A stretch of 64,000 nt of DNA from Octopus bimaculoides (lineage: Eukaryota). The stretch is from assembly GCF_001194135.2 (NCBI RefSeq), contig NC_069000.1:569657-633656 (forward strand), written 5' to 3'. A model generated the notes under the pieces. The model was not told the origin of the DNA and did not search any database. It saw nothing but the letters and a program-made list of their open reading frames with translations. Numbering within the stretch: the stretch's first letter is position 1; each line of letters begins with the position of its first letter. Position numbers and translations under genes: made by a program. Shown piece after piece: positions 47,370 through 60,900 of the stretch.

Positions 47370-50300
47370 CCTTCAAAGTCTTAGACACAACAGTTTAAAA
47401 CAGACAATCAATCTTTAGATAAACACACCAGAGTCTAAGTCAGACACAACCGTCTTAACTAGACACAGAGCTTTGAAGAGACCCACTCTCTTTATTCTTG
47501 AAGATTCATAGGGAAAAAAAAAAAAGAAGTTATTCCCCAAAATCAAAAAAAAAAAAAAATTGGGGGAAGGAATGTTAGAACTGATAATTTTAAGAATTTA
47601 AAGTTTGAATATTCCACAAGACGTCAGCAAATGTTGACAGCACCTGGAATAGAAAGAAAAAAAGAGAAATATTAGAGAAAAATCTCTTACTTATTCAATC
47701 AGAAATAGAAATGAAATCAATTTAAAACTGACTCTTTCTGTATATCTTCATCTGATAACCAGTCCTACTTCATTTTGTCTGTTAAAATTTTGTTTAACTT
47801 TTGGTCAATTATAATGAAAGGTGTCAAGCTTTAACCAGTCTGCCATTTACCAGACATGTTGTAGATCTAATGATGCCTAGCCTTTTTTCAGCAGATTTGG
47901 CTGTTATTTCTTGCAAGTCAGCAACAGGCTCATCCTAAGTGAAACTAATTTGGAAAGATATATATATTTTCCCTTATATATCCTACCTTCGTTATAAAAG
48001 TTAACGATAAGAAATTCCAGAAGCTATCAAATCAATTTCTTATAATGATTTAGAGGAGACAGGGTAGCAGCCATAACATTGTCCAGGGTCTGAGACTGGG
48101 GAAGGAAGTTATCTGGGGACTAAAGTCATGGCCTTCATACTAATACAGGTTGTCTCTGCTGACCAAGACTTAAACCTGGGCAGAAGATTAAATCTACCAA
48201 ACAAGAACAGACAATTTCCACTCAGATCAACCCAGATAGAAAACATGTACTGAACGGGTAATGCAGCAGGATTGAACAGAAAGCCATATGCAGCTACTAC
48301 AAAGCCAACTTCTTAAACTACACAACCACACCAGTCTCAATCAGTAGCAAAGACTGTGTATGTGCAATCCATTTCTCAAGCGAGTCAGCTTGAGAAAGCC
48401 ACTTCTTTGCAAAGCTACAGCCATATTGATAGAACTAATACGACTTGAGTGGATTGTATGTTTATAGACTTACAACTCCACTGGTTTGGGGTTCCAATTC
48501 ACTACAGCTGCTTCGTTGTACATTGGAGCTGTTCACATCCTGTCACTATCACAGTGTTCTGCCTAGGGGTAAGGCAGTTACTATAGCAACAGGAGTCACC
48601 AGTAGGACTCCTACTCCAACAATATCCATATATATTTCTACAAAACTGGTGATTCTTAACCACTACACAGAATTCCTCACTGTTAACATCTTAGGCAACA
48701 AATTTTTTTGAGTGTCTTCAGAAAAATGACATCAAGCAATCTTGCAAGTTATGTGGTGACCTTACCACTGCCATGTAAAAGGTACCCAGTCCACTCTGTA
48801 AAGTGGTTGGTGTTGAAAAGGTCATCCAGCTATAAAAACCATACAAAAGTAGAGGGTGGGACTTGATGCAGTCCTCTGGCTAATCAGCTCCAGTCAAAAC
48901 TGTCCAACCCTTCACATCAGTCTGTTAAAACAGACATTAAATGATGATGAATAAACTGAGCAGTGACAGAATGATGGGAAAGCTTCATACAATATACGAC
49001 AAGTATTGAGTAGTCTTTCTCTCAATTGTTAAACCAAAAATGTGTGTGTGTGTGTGTGTATGTTAAGCTACGCACACACACACACACACACACAAGACAT
49101 AACTGTGCCGGTTAAGAAGTTCAGTTTTCACTTCAAAACACGCTTTCATTTGTGATCTTGCTGCATGGCATCATGACCAAGTCTCTTTTACTCTGGTGTT
49201 AGGCTGACCAATGCCTTGATAGTGAAATTTAGATGAAAAGTGAACGGAAGCCAGTCATGTGTTTGTGCCCAGTACCAAATTCTTAGGATTCCAACCTAAA
49301 AGAGGGGAAAAAAATCCCCGAAAACCTATCACTAATAGGCAATGAGTGATCTCCTATATGACTGCTTAACCTGCTAGAAATAGCAGGCAAATCTCCCTTA
49401 AATTGAATCCTCATCATCATAGCCAATGTATTTATGCTCCCACTTTTGAACTGGATCACAGAAATATGTTGTCACTTAAACCCTAGGCTGATCCTGACTC
49501 AGCAAACCTTGATCAAAAGCATCCTGTTTTTATTAGTTTTATAATAAGATTCCAATGAAGTCTCCCACTGAGACTGGTATAGTGCGATTTGAAGCCCATA
49601 TATTTAGCTACTGTTTCTAGCAAGCTGAGTGACCACACTGAAGCTAACTCGTTAGGGGGAAGAGAATTAAGTGCCTTTGTTAGGGAACAGACAGAGTACA
49701 GTAACTGGCGACTGGATACAAATCAACAGCTCTTCAGTTGGTAAGACCAAATCCTGACAAAGAAACCAGTCAACTGTGACACTAAATAAATGAATAATGG
49801 ATTAAACAAAAAAAAACAAAAAAAAAAATTACTGGATATTAAAAAGTATATATTTAAAAAAATATAAAAATCTCAGTTAATGCATTGCATTCACTTTACA
49901 GCCTTGTAGTGTGAAGATGGCCACTATGGAAGCAGCTATGAATAAATGATGCTATGCTTCATCAAATCTATTTATAAATACAACTCTCAGAGGCAATTCA
50001 CAGCAAGGGGTGGGATGCAAGGATTGTGCTGATAACTAGAGTTGTTTTGATTTGGCTCAGCCCTGATACAGCAAACCTATGATCAGAGGCATTCTAACCA
50101 TGACCGCCCAGCCTGTATATGAGGTGTTTAAGACTACATTATCTAATTTCTCCTTTTCCTCTCTTCTCCAGACAATGTACCGTTTTAAGATATGGGAGTG
50201 TGATTCTAAAGGAAATTTGGCTGCTACTTTTAGCAAATTGATCAGCCATGTAGAAGCTCCCTCACTGGAACATTAATGTTATCATCGTTATATTTTATAG

Positions 50301-50440
50301 TATACTAAACTATTGAATACTGTGAGATAAATGATATCAAAGCAGTTTATGATTTACTCTAGTCTGTGAGGGAAACAGAAGTCACCTTGACACACACAAC
50401 TAATGATATCATTAAACATGCCATCGTTAATATATCGTGG

Positions 50441-50470
50441 TTAGGGTGAGGGTTAGGGTTAGGGTGAGGG
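50441..50470 (+). repeat. Short interstitial telomere-like array
   Basis: TTAGGG TGAGGG TTAGGG TTAGGG TGAGGG. Confidence 0.8.
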
Positions 50471-53081
50471 TTTAATGTTTAGAAGAAATACATGGCCAGC
50501 ACAAGCATTAATATTTATGACAGGAAAGAAACATAACTGGAAAAAAAAAACAAAAACAAATAAGGACATTATATCCACACACACACACAGTGTGTGTGTG
50601 TGTGTGTGTGTGACTGTAAGGTTAAGAGCTGTGCTTAGCAGTAACCCCACAATTCAAGATTCAGGCTCACTCCCTGGCCTCTTGGGGTGTCTTCTATTAT
50701 AAGTCTTGGAGTCACCAATACATTGTGAGTGGAATTTGGCAAACAGAAATTATGTAGAGGCCCATCATATATGTGTGTATGAATAGTGTACCTAGGACTA
50801 CACTGTCCAATGTTTCCCAATTTAATTCAGTAGAATATGTCTCATATGGAAGAACTCTGGCTGCTATTTTCTAGCAAGCTGCAGAAATAAGACTTTCTTG
50901 CTCAGCCTGCTAGAAATAGCATCCAAATTTCCCACCCTACCATCTTAAAAAGGAAGGATGAATTTGAACAAACAAAAAAATGGTGAAATGGCTTTTAAGC
51001 AAGGTCCTCCTTTAATGATAACCACTGTTCACTCCTGGGGGCCTCAGATGATTGGAATCTGCGATTGCCATGCTTTGTGATCACATTTTCTAGAGAATCA
51101 CTTGCTTAGCCCCAGCTCGGTCCCCACTGAGTAGACCTATTATCAAAGACAGTTCAGCCAGAATCATTCCATCCAATGTGAGTGTCCTTCTGCTAAATGT
51201 AAGTAGAATGTAATTTTAAAGAGATTTAGTTACTATTTCTAGCAAATCAACTAACCATGTAATGGACATTAGTTGAACTGACTACATGTGAAAGAAATAC
51301 AACTAGAAACTTGAAGCTTCTTTTTTTTCCTTCTTTTAGCAAACCGGTTCACCTGGAGTTCTCCAAACTCTGTAGGGGTGAATTTAAATATTTACTGTAT
51401 TATTAACAACTATTTAGAAACTTATGAATGTGTGTGCATGTGTATCATCATCATCATCATCATCATTGAAAGCAGCAAGCTGGCAGAATCATTAGCATGC
51501 CGACATAAATGCTTAACAGCATTTCATCTGTCATTATGTTCTGAGTTCAAATTCCATGAAGGTCAACTTCACCTTTCATCCTTTAGGGATTGATAAAATA
51601 AGTACCAGTTGAACACTGGGGGTGATGTAATCGACTTTCCCCCTTCCCTAAAATTTCAGACCTTGTGCCTACAATAGAAAGGATCATCATCATCATTGTT
51701 TTTAGCTATAACAGCATAAATGGTTAAAATGCTTCTTAAAACCAAGTGTGGCCTGCTTAAGGAAGGGAAAAGGGGAAGATTGAACCCATGTATCTATAGC
51801 TTGCTGGAGGATCGCAACACAAAACGGGTTTAACACAAACATCCTAAATACCACAAGCCTAATCTGCACCTACTCCATGATCAGAGATCTCAAAAAATAT
51901 CCTTCAAAGAGATAAATGCTAAACTTACCACTTCTAGCAACAAAAAAAAAAAACCCCTCGCACTTACTTTCTAAAACATACACAGAACACGGCCAGAGCC
52001 CTCACAATCACTTCAACTGCTGGCCCTCATTATCACTGAGGATCTCTTGTGACAATTACATGCACCATTAATATAGCTAAGACCAAATTTCAATGACTGG
52101 CCCTTCTCTTCCTAACCAGAAAATACTTCAGCCCTTAACAGCTATTAAACCTCAATTAACTCTGATGAAATCCACAATGAAGTACACCATCCCCTTCTGG
52201 GACAGTGTTGCTATTACACAAACAGATAGCACAGACTGCAACCAGAGATAGGGCACTCAACTGATGGATAAAGTCACGTTCACATGCCCCCAGTTCCCTG
52301 GCTTACAGATACACATGCCCCCCCCCCCCCGTCTAATCTCTCTTCTGCCTTTTCAACCCTTACTACAATGGCTTCTAATCCTTGAAACAGAACTGCTTTG
52401 TCCTGTGCCGCCTCCATCAAGCACACTTCACTCATTCATTACCCAAACCCTTACACTACTCCCACACTACATAATCCTTCCCTACAATCACAATCCTCTG
52501 GAATCCCATCATTGTACATGCCTTTCCAGCAATTCCTGACTTGCATTAATTCAAGCAGAATGCAAACCACATCAATCCAATCTCACCAGTCACAATGGGA
52601 CTTGGAAGGCCCATGGCCACCACCTCTTCCTCCACGCACACACTGATATGAGGCACACTTGGCATATTGTTGTCTGTGGTGCAAGAGTTAAGTCCTGATC
52701 AAAGCAGATTTGTGATCAATGACATTCCCATCATCTCTGTGGCAGGGGTTTTACTACAGCCCAACTGTTGTGGCCACAGAGGTTTGCTTGCTCCAATAAA
52801 TCTGACCTGAAACAGAACTTGAAACACCCTCCTTTCCTTCACAGCTGGATGGTTTTTATGTCCCTATAAAAGAGAGAGAGAGAGAGAGAGAAAAAATAAA
52901 AGAAAAAAAAAACCCCACCATTCCACCCATATATGGCAAATAAATGGGTGTAAAACATTTATAATGTATATAAATTTGTGTGAGTGTGTGTTTATAATTA
53001 TATACATTTACGTAATATTGACAGAATAAGTACTCGAAACATGTCAAGCTATTAAAATTTGATGATTCATTCTGTTGCTGC

Positions 53082-53087
<6 letters not shown>

Positions 53088-53150
<63 letters not shown>
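53088..53150. repeat. (CA)n microsatellite
   Basis: About 30 perfect CA units. Confidence 0.95.
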
Positions 53151-53155
<5 letters not shown>

Positions 53156-56100
53156 ATGCAATATACTCATTAAACACAGAGCTGTGATTTAGCCCCAGGT
53201 CAGTTCTGATCCTAAGATATTCTAGCACTGACAATCCAATCATTTTATCACAGGCAGTGCCCTTCAGTGTGTCCTTCCTTACTTTAAAACTAATGAGTTG
53301 AGAGATTTGGCTGCTATATCTAGGGAAGTGTTTGTATACACCCAATACATTGAAAGGAGCTGAGACTATTGCAGTAACAGGAGAGGGAGAGAAGGGAAGA
53401 GTGCTGGCTCCCCTACTGAATGACTATTTCTAGTGCAGGCAGCTGTCTCCTCTCGAAAGGAGGGAAAGAGCTTGGGTAGCTGACACGGTTGGGAGTTTTC
53501 TCAAAAATTAAATATTTAAACCAACGACAATACTTTTATTTTAAGCACATTTTGTCAAAAAAAGAAAAAAAATCTCTGTTGGGATTAAAATATGATTGGA
53601 GCACTGTTATCAGTGAACAGAAATATGGCTGATGATGCACGAGGCCCGATAGAATGTCACTTAAGAACTCCTTCACTTCTTTAGTGATTTCCATAAACTT
53701 AATTAACATAAAAGCATTTGTCCAAGCAAATATCTATAAGAAAATACAAGTTGGATGGTAGAGCATGAAAACATAATGAAATATTTATGCAAAATCAATT
53801 TCTTTTTTATTTAAAAAATTTGCATATTTTCTTTTTTTCTCCCCTCAGAGCATGAAAAAGGAAAGAGTGTTTATCAAATTTGGTGAAAGAATGATGCCAG
53901 GAACCCTTGCATTAAAAAGGCATCCAAAGGCCAGGTTGTGATTGTGTTAAACCAAGTAACAGAGGGAAACTGATTTTGTTGCTGTGACTTTTTGCCTCGG
54001 GTCATACCTGATCCAGCTATGCCATCTGTGACCATTCCATCTGTCTTTTTTCAGACATGGTGTATCTAAGACTACATTATCAAATGTGATATTTTGTTTA
54101 AGGTGTACGTTTTGAGGTATAGTTAGCAATTATATCTAACAAAATCAGTGACCATATAAAGGTCCCCATGTTAGGTGGTGCATAATATTTCATACCAAGG
54201 TGACCCAGTCTATTTCTTTTTTTCATAAATATTAGTTTACATACAAAATAAAACAAAACAAAAAAGGAAAATATCAATAGCAGCCATCATTACAAATACC
54301 ATTTTGACATAAGCATTTCCTTTATCCGTCTACCTTGGATTGTATAAAGTAAAGTGTCAAAAAAAAGGTAGGGTATGATTTGAAGATAAGGTTTTTGCTA
54401 TTTGTAGCAGGTTAAATGGCCACATGGAGGGCCCTGACATTGTCTTAAATAGATTGAAAGGTTGATGAATGGGGTTACACAATGGCGATCAGGCAGAGGA
54501 CTTTCTTTTGGCCAAGTTCCACAATGAATATCTTTCTCAGAGTTACACAATTTTGGATGTCAATTCAATGTTACCACAAGGATTAGGGAACAATTCTTTT
54601 GTATATTTGAAGGCCACTCTAAATTTAATATAATTTTATTAAATTACACTTAAGAAATTTTTAATCAATTATGTAAAAAAATGAGTACATTTTATAGTGA
54701 AAACATAAATACTGAAATAAGAAATAAAAGAATCTAACTTTTTAAATTATTTTTGTGGTAATCTTTAAAATGCCAGAATAAATATAACAGTATATAATCA
54801 AGACGTATATACGTCATTTTTAATATAAGGTCCTCAAAAACCACAAGTTTCCCTGCCTCCTGTTATGATGTAAATTGTGTATTTGTACTATTTATTCCAG
54901 AATGTTCATTTGTCAACACAATTCAACAACATCATCATGGCATCAACAAATCTCTCCAGACAATTTTATTTATTTATATTTAGTTCTTATTGACACTTGC
55001 AGATATTTTTGGAAAGAAAAATTTTAATGGAAATGACAGACATTAATAAGAATCAATCTGTCTGAAATTGGTGATGATGATGATGATGATGAATGCCTAG
55101 AAGCATTTCTATTCCCTCCTTCTTCGACCCTGTCCTCTCTATACAAATTAATAATCCACAATGTAAGAAGAGATTGTAGTACACTCAACACAAACCAATC
55201 CACTTTCACCATTGGTCCCTATCTGCAGCACAGTCATCTGGCAAGATCCTTATTCATTTGAGGATACACAAAGCTCCAAAATAAGGCTCTGAAGCCTTAC
55301 TTTTTAAGTATTAAAAAAAGTCGTTAATTCATAAGGACATATTTAAAGTGTATGATAACCCAGCTGGTTCATCATCATCATCGCTTAATGTCCACTTTCC
55401 ATTCTGGCATGGGTTGGACAGATTGACCGAGGGCTGATGAGCCAGAAGGCTGCACCAGGCTCCAATCCGATCTGGTTGTTTAGTAATAAAACAGTTCACC
55501 AACAGAAGAAAAAATTCAAAAAGCCATGTGAAAGGATTTGCAATATAAGCACCAGTTGGCATCATTGGAATTAAGAATATAACAATCTAGGACATTGGTT
55601 TATTCTATTGTCTCTTGTTAATAGTATTCAGGAACCATACTTCCAGTACCTCAATCTGCTATCACAATGGGGAATGGTGGGGCTTTCTATGGGATAATTA
55701 AACTTGCTAGAAAGAGTAGCTAAATCTTCCTTAAACCACATCCTACTGTCCTAACAACAAAAAAGACATTGGATAACATAACCCAGGAATGCACTTTGGA
55801 AAAACAGAAAGAAAAGGAAAGTAAAAAAAAAAAAAAAAAAGTGGGGTGCAAAACCTTTGGTGTTGGGTCTACTCAATCAGCGATGATTTAGGGCTCAACA
55901 ACAACTTAAATGGAAAATGCTAATTCCCCCAAGGATAGGAATTCAGTTGAGGTTCATTCCATAATTGAAAAGATTGAAGACAAGAAATGGTAAACTCCCA
56001 GCAAATCCAAAATGTAGATTGTTATCAGTAATTCATTGTGACTGCAATTTCCCAGCAGTAACGAATAGTAAATCATCTGGAAAGGTGTCTGTTCCTCTAC

Positions 56101-57731
56101 CAGGATGGTTTATCCTTGGCAAATTGATTTGAAAAGAAGAAATAAATCTTCAATGAATGACCCAATGACCCATAAACAGTTTTAGAAAACATCTGACTTT
56201 TTTTTTTTTTTTGTTACTTCCTGGGAGACATTAGCTTTACATTANNNNNNNNNNCTTCCTGGGAGACATTAGCTTTACATTATTTTGTCAGCAGCAAGGT
56301 TCACAGAGTTAAACTTTCCAAGTTCTACACAGATCTCTAATAAAACACAGCCATCATATTCTTACTGGGAGGTAACAGCTGTACAAATTGTGCTACTGAC
56401 AGGGTTCAGAGAGTAAAAACATCCAAGTTCTAAAGACATCTTTAATAAAAACTGCAGAAAGAAGAACCAATATATATATATATATATACTGTAGAACAGC
56501 AAAATATGTGAGGAAGAGTTGTGAATCAGGTATGGTGAATGGTTCCTGATACCTTTATAGATCAACTAAAGGTATGTCTTTCATTTTCCTCTTTTGTATT
56601 TTTGTTCTGTCAACCAATGTTTATGATGAAAAACGTTCCAGCTCTGATCACTTTAAACTTTGACCTCATATTCTTGCCCTAGCAACTTTTTGTCTGTAAG
56701 GTGGTAGGGAGATTTGGCTGCTATTTCAAGCAGACTGAGCAACCAATAAAGCCCCTCCCCTCCTACCTACCTCTTCTTCCTTCTTCAAGACTGAATAGGA
56801 AGGTTATGAACGAAAGGAAAAAGCAATGTGTGATCTCAAAAGACAATAAAGGTAATGAATGATATGAAAGACAAATGAAATCTAAGGAAACTAAAAGAAC
56901 CAGAAATGGAACAGGTGATATGGCAAGATAAAAAGGAACAGGTGATAAAAAGAGATAAAAAGGCACAGGTGATATAGAAAAATATTTAAAAAATGAGAGC
57001 AGGTGATATTGAAAGATAAATGAGAAATGTATATCAAAATGAGAAACGTATATAGAAAAAGATAATGGATGATATCAAAAGATAAAACAAGAACAGATGA
57101 TATATCAATATGGAAAGATAAAATATAAAGAATACAAGAGATTGAAAGATTGAAGAAAAAAATAACAAAGACGGATGTCAAAAATGAACAGCGACACAGG
57201 GACAGATAAGAGAATGGTTGATATCGTAATGAGAATAAAAGGAAACATAAAAGAAATATAGATAACAAAATAGTTATCTCCTGGTCTGGTCATTAGACAA
57301 ATAAAGAGACAGAGATTTTGTCTCAGTTGTATTGAAAACAGAAATGTAGACATACAAGATGTTTATAATTTATAGATAATTAACTTTAGCTTCAGGGATA
57401 AAATGTTTCACATTATCTATATCTACACAATGTTTCCACTGGTCTGATGTTTGATCATAATGTCTACATAAGTGTCACATGGACATGCATCAGTGATCCA
57501 GTGTTCCTCATAGGGTGGGAAATGTGGACAAGTGACAGATGATTGGCTATGTTTAATAAAAAAAAATTTCAAAAAGTTGGATTTAAACTTTTTGAAACTT
57601 GATCAAGATCAAAATGAAGGTAGAAGAATTTTGTGGCAGCAAATTCTATTTGGCTTTGACCATTAAGAAAGAAGCGAGGAGGAATGACAGATTCGATTAA
57701 TATGCAAGAACCAATCATGTTACTACCATTA

Positions 57732-57903
57732 GGTGCAGGTGTGGCTGTATGGTTAAGAAGCTTGCTCGCAAACCACGTGCTCTTGGGTTCAGTCCCATTG
57801 CATGGCACCTTGGATAAATAACTTCTACTATAGCCCTGAGCCAGCCAAAGCCTTGGGCACAGCTTTGGTAGATGGAAACTAAAAAGAAGCCTATCATGTG
57901 TGT
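57732..57903 (+). mobile_element. Second tRNA-derived SINE family (E)
   Basis: gtggctgtatggttaagaagcttgc (A box), gggttcagtccc (B box) and a ggtagatggaaactaaaaagaagcc tail. Other copies near 8905-9025(-), 14150-14245(-), 26668-26790(+), 36755-36885(-), 37640-37745(-), 49090-49265(+) and 50615-50780(+). Confidence 0.8.
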
Positions 57904-60900
57904 CTTTGCTCCCCCACCCCAACCAGTGGTGGCTCATTTTTGCCCTTTTAACTTAGCAATTCAGCAAAGAGACCGATAGGATAAGAACCAGGCTTCAAAA
58001 ATAAGTCCTGGGGTGAATTTGTTTAAGCAGAACTCCTTCAAGGCAGTGCTCCAGCATGGAAGTTTAAACAAGTGTGAACACAGTCGAATTAACAATGAGC
58101 ACTACTCTCTCTCTCTCTCTCTCTCTCTCCCTCTCCCTCTCTCTCTCTTTCTCTCTCTCTCTCCCTCCCTCNNNNNNNNNNTCTCTCTCTCTCTTTCTTT
58201 CTCTCCCTCCCTCTCCCCCTCTCTCTCTCTCTTTCTCTCCCCCTCTCTCTCTTTCTCTCCCCCCTCTATCTCTCCCTCTCCCTCTCTCCCTACTAGTTTG
58301 AATAGAGTGAAGAAAGAGGGCAATGAAGACTAACACCTATCTGGCAGTTTAACAGAATTAACTGAGCAAGGAACAACAAAAGTCAAATCAAATGACAAGT
58401 TAAAAGCAAGAGAACAATAATATATAGATATGTATATGTATATATATATACACACACATATATATATATGGTAGTTTGAACGGAGTTAATTGATCTGAGC
58501 AAAGAGACTCTGAATAACAAGAAAATGTCTATGAAAATGAACAATTGCAATAAAAACATCAATATGAACAAAGGTTTAAGGAAATAGGTTTTTAGTGACA
58601 ATTGAAAGAAAGCAGCAGTTAGAGTTTATAATAATTGTGATTTCTCACATGGGCACAAAGCCAGCGGATTTGCAGGTGGGGAGGGACTATTGATTGAGTT
58701 CAGACTAAAGTACATTATTAAAAGTGGTAGGATGAAAGCAACATCATCATGAAATGTAAAAAGGGGACACAGCTAAAGACATTTGTTAGTGGTGTTGTAT
58801 GTACCAAAGTCAACTCTGATTGAGCAAATGAAGGCACAAAAGACATTCCAGCCATGACTATTCCATCATATTTTCCACAGTATCTCAGATGACATTATCC
58901 AATGTGACCTGGTCTTTTTTACTTTCTTGAAGACAGTAGAGTGACCAGAAGATTTGGCTGTTATTTCTACCAGGAAGAGCAACTATGTAGAGAATCATAC
59001 ATTGACTTGACTTTTCAACATTTCGTCTGAAGTTCTGCTGCCAAACCTCTAGCGTAAGTCTAAGTAAATAATAATAATAATAAAAATAATCCTTTCTACA
59101 TCAGGCAAAAAGTCTCAAGTTTTAGGGATAGGGCTAGACTATTACATCAACCCCAGTGCACCACTGGTACTTCTTTCATCAATTCTGTAAGGATGAAAGG
59201 CAAAGAGGTCGACCTTGGCAAAATCTAAGCTCAGAACATAAAAGATGGATGAAACATCACAAAAGATTTTGTCCGACATTTTCAGGGTTCTACTAGTTCG
59301 CCACCTTTCTTTGGCATCAAACCAACAGTTTTGAAGGAAGGGGGCAAATCAACTGCATCAAGCCCAGAACTTGTATTGCTAGGCATTTTGTGCAAAGGTA
59401 GAGTTGACCTTGGCAGGATTTGAACTCAGAATGTAAAGTGATGGGGAAAATGCCCCTGGGAATATTTTCTCATGCTCCAACAATTCTACCAGCTCATTGC
59501 CTTCGTAATAATAATAATAATAATGATGATGATGATGACGATGATTATGAAGGTGATTTCTCATACGAGTACAATGCCAGAAATTGTGGCAGGAAGGAGT
59601 AGACAGAACTGTTAATTCAAGCACCTCCCCTGTACCAAATATGGTATTTATTCAAATCAAGCACAGATGTATGAAAGGTAATCTCAACAACAGGCATTTA
59701 AGTTCAGCATTACCATTTCTCTTAATCCATTAATCACTCAATTATAACAAACACAACAAAGCACACATTTTGGAGCAAGACTAACCTCACTTCTTGACAG
59801 TTGTATCAATCCCCAATCCATACCAGAGTACAAACAATATCAAGGCCAGTAGTTAAGTGGAATTTATCCTTTGGACATTGGAAGGTTGAAAGGCAATGCC
59901 ACAAAATCAATAGAAAGGACAGAAAACAGTGGGGTTGGGGAGAAAAGAAGGAGATATGAATTGAAAAATGAACATATAGATATTTTAGTAATGTCCCAAT
60001 TGGTGAACTAACACCTTGAGCCAATCGAAGAAACCCCATACATCCAGGATTATCCTGATTATCACTAGTTAAAGAGTCTGCTCCCAGATGCCGGAGTTTA
60101 GAGGCTTATGCTGAGAATAGGCCCAGTCAGTAGACTCAATCAAACTACAAATTAATTATATTGTTAATCTGGGTCAAATTGAATTGAAGACAATTAGGAC
60201 AGAGAAGTGGTCAGTTGAATGACTAGGTCATTATTGTTTAGCCCCAGGTCAGCTTTGATCAAGTAGGCCTATAATTAAATGCCTTCCATCCATGACCATC
60301 CCATTGTTTATCAGATAAGGTGTGTCTAGAACTACATTATCCAATCTGACCTTCACTTTTTCAGGTGGTAGAGTGTAATTTAAAGAACATTTAGTGGGTA
60401 TTTTTATCAGGTCATGCAACCACTTGAAGGTTTCCTCATTGGTTCAGAGAATGGTTATTCTTCAGTCCCAGGGATAGCCCTAACAGAACAGGCTTATCAA
60501 TTCAAAAGAAAGAAGTCCAGGTTTGTTTAAAGTTGAAGGGTTTAACAAAATAACAGAAAGCCCAAGAGGTCAGGAACATTCAACTGCAAGAAATACCAAT
60601 GTATGCTTCAGAAACTAGAGTTAACTGTTTGCATTGTTGTAATGTGAAAATTCCTAAAAATATTTTTAATACACCTTCTTTAAAATAGATTGCATGAAAG
60701 AGTCAGTGTTTCATCAGGTCCTCATTAGAACATGCTGATAAAGTTTAATCAACCATGAGACAACCACAGCCAGTTTCAAAATGAGCTCAGAATAATTTCA
60801 AGTTCACATTTACTCAAACATTCAGTGTACACAAACGTTTGTCAGATGAAACAATTTGCAAATTATTTTTTGGTGCAAACTGATGGAGAGAGAGAGAGAG

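Noticed and set aside
51928-52660. Minus-strand donors (gtaagt) and a unique-looking tract as a possible upstream zinc-finger exon or old LINE
   Set aside because: No acceptor, start site or recognisable protein motif could be tied to it.
54802-54815. Perfect 14-bp palindrome gacgtatatacgtc
   Set aside because: It is isolated and short, with no TIR/TSD context.
56495-56571. Plus-strand exon-like segment with gtatgg/gtatgt donors
   Set aside because: All frames close before the second donor, and no partner exons were found.
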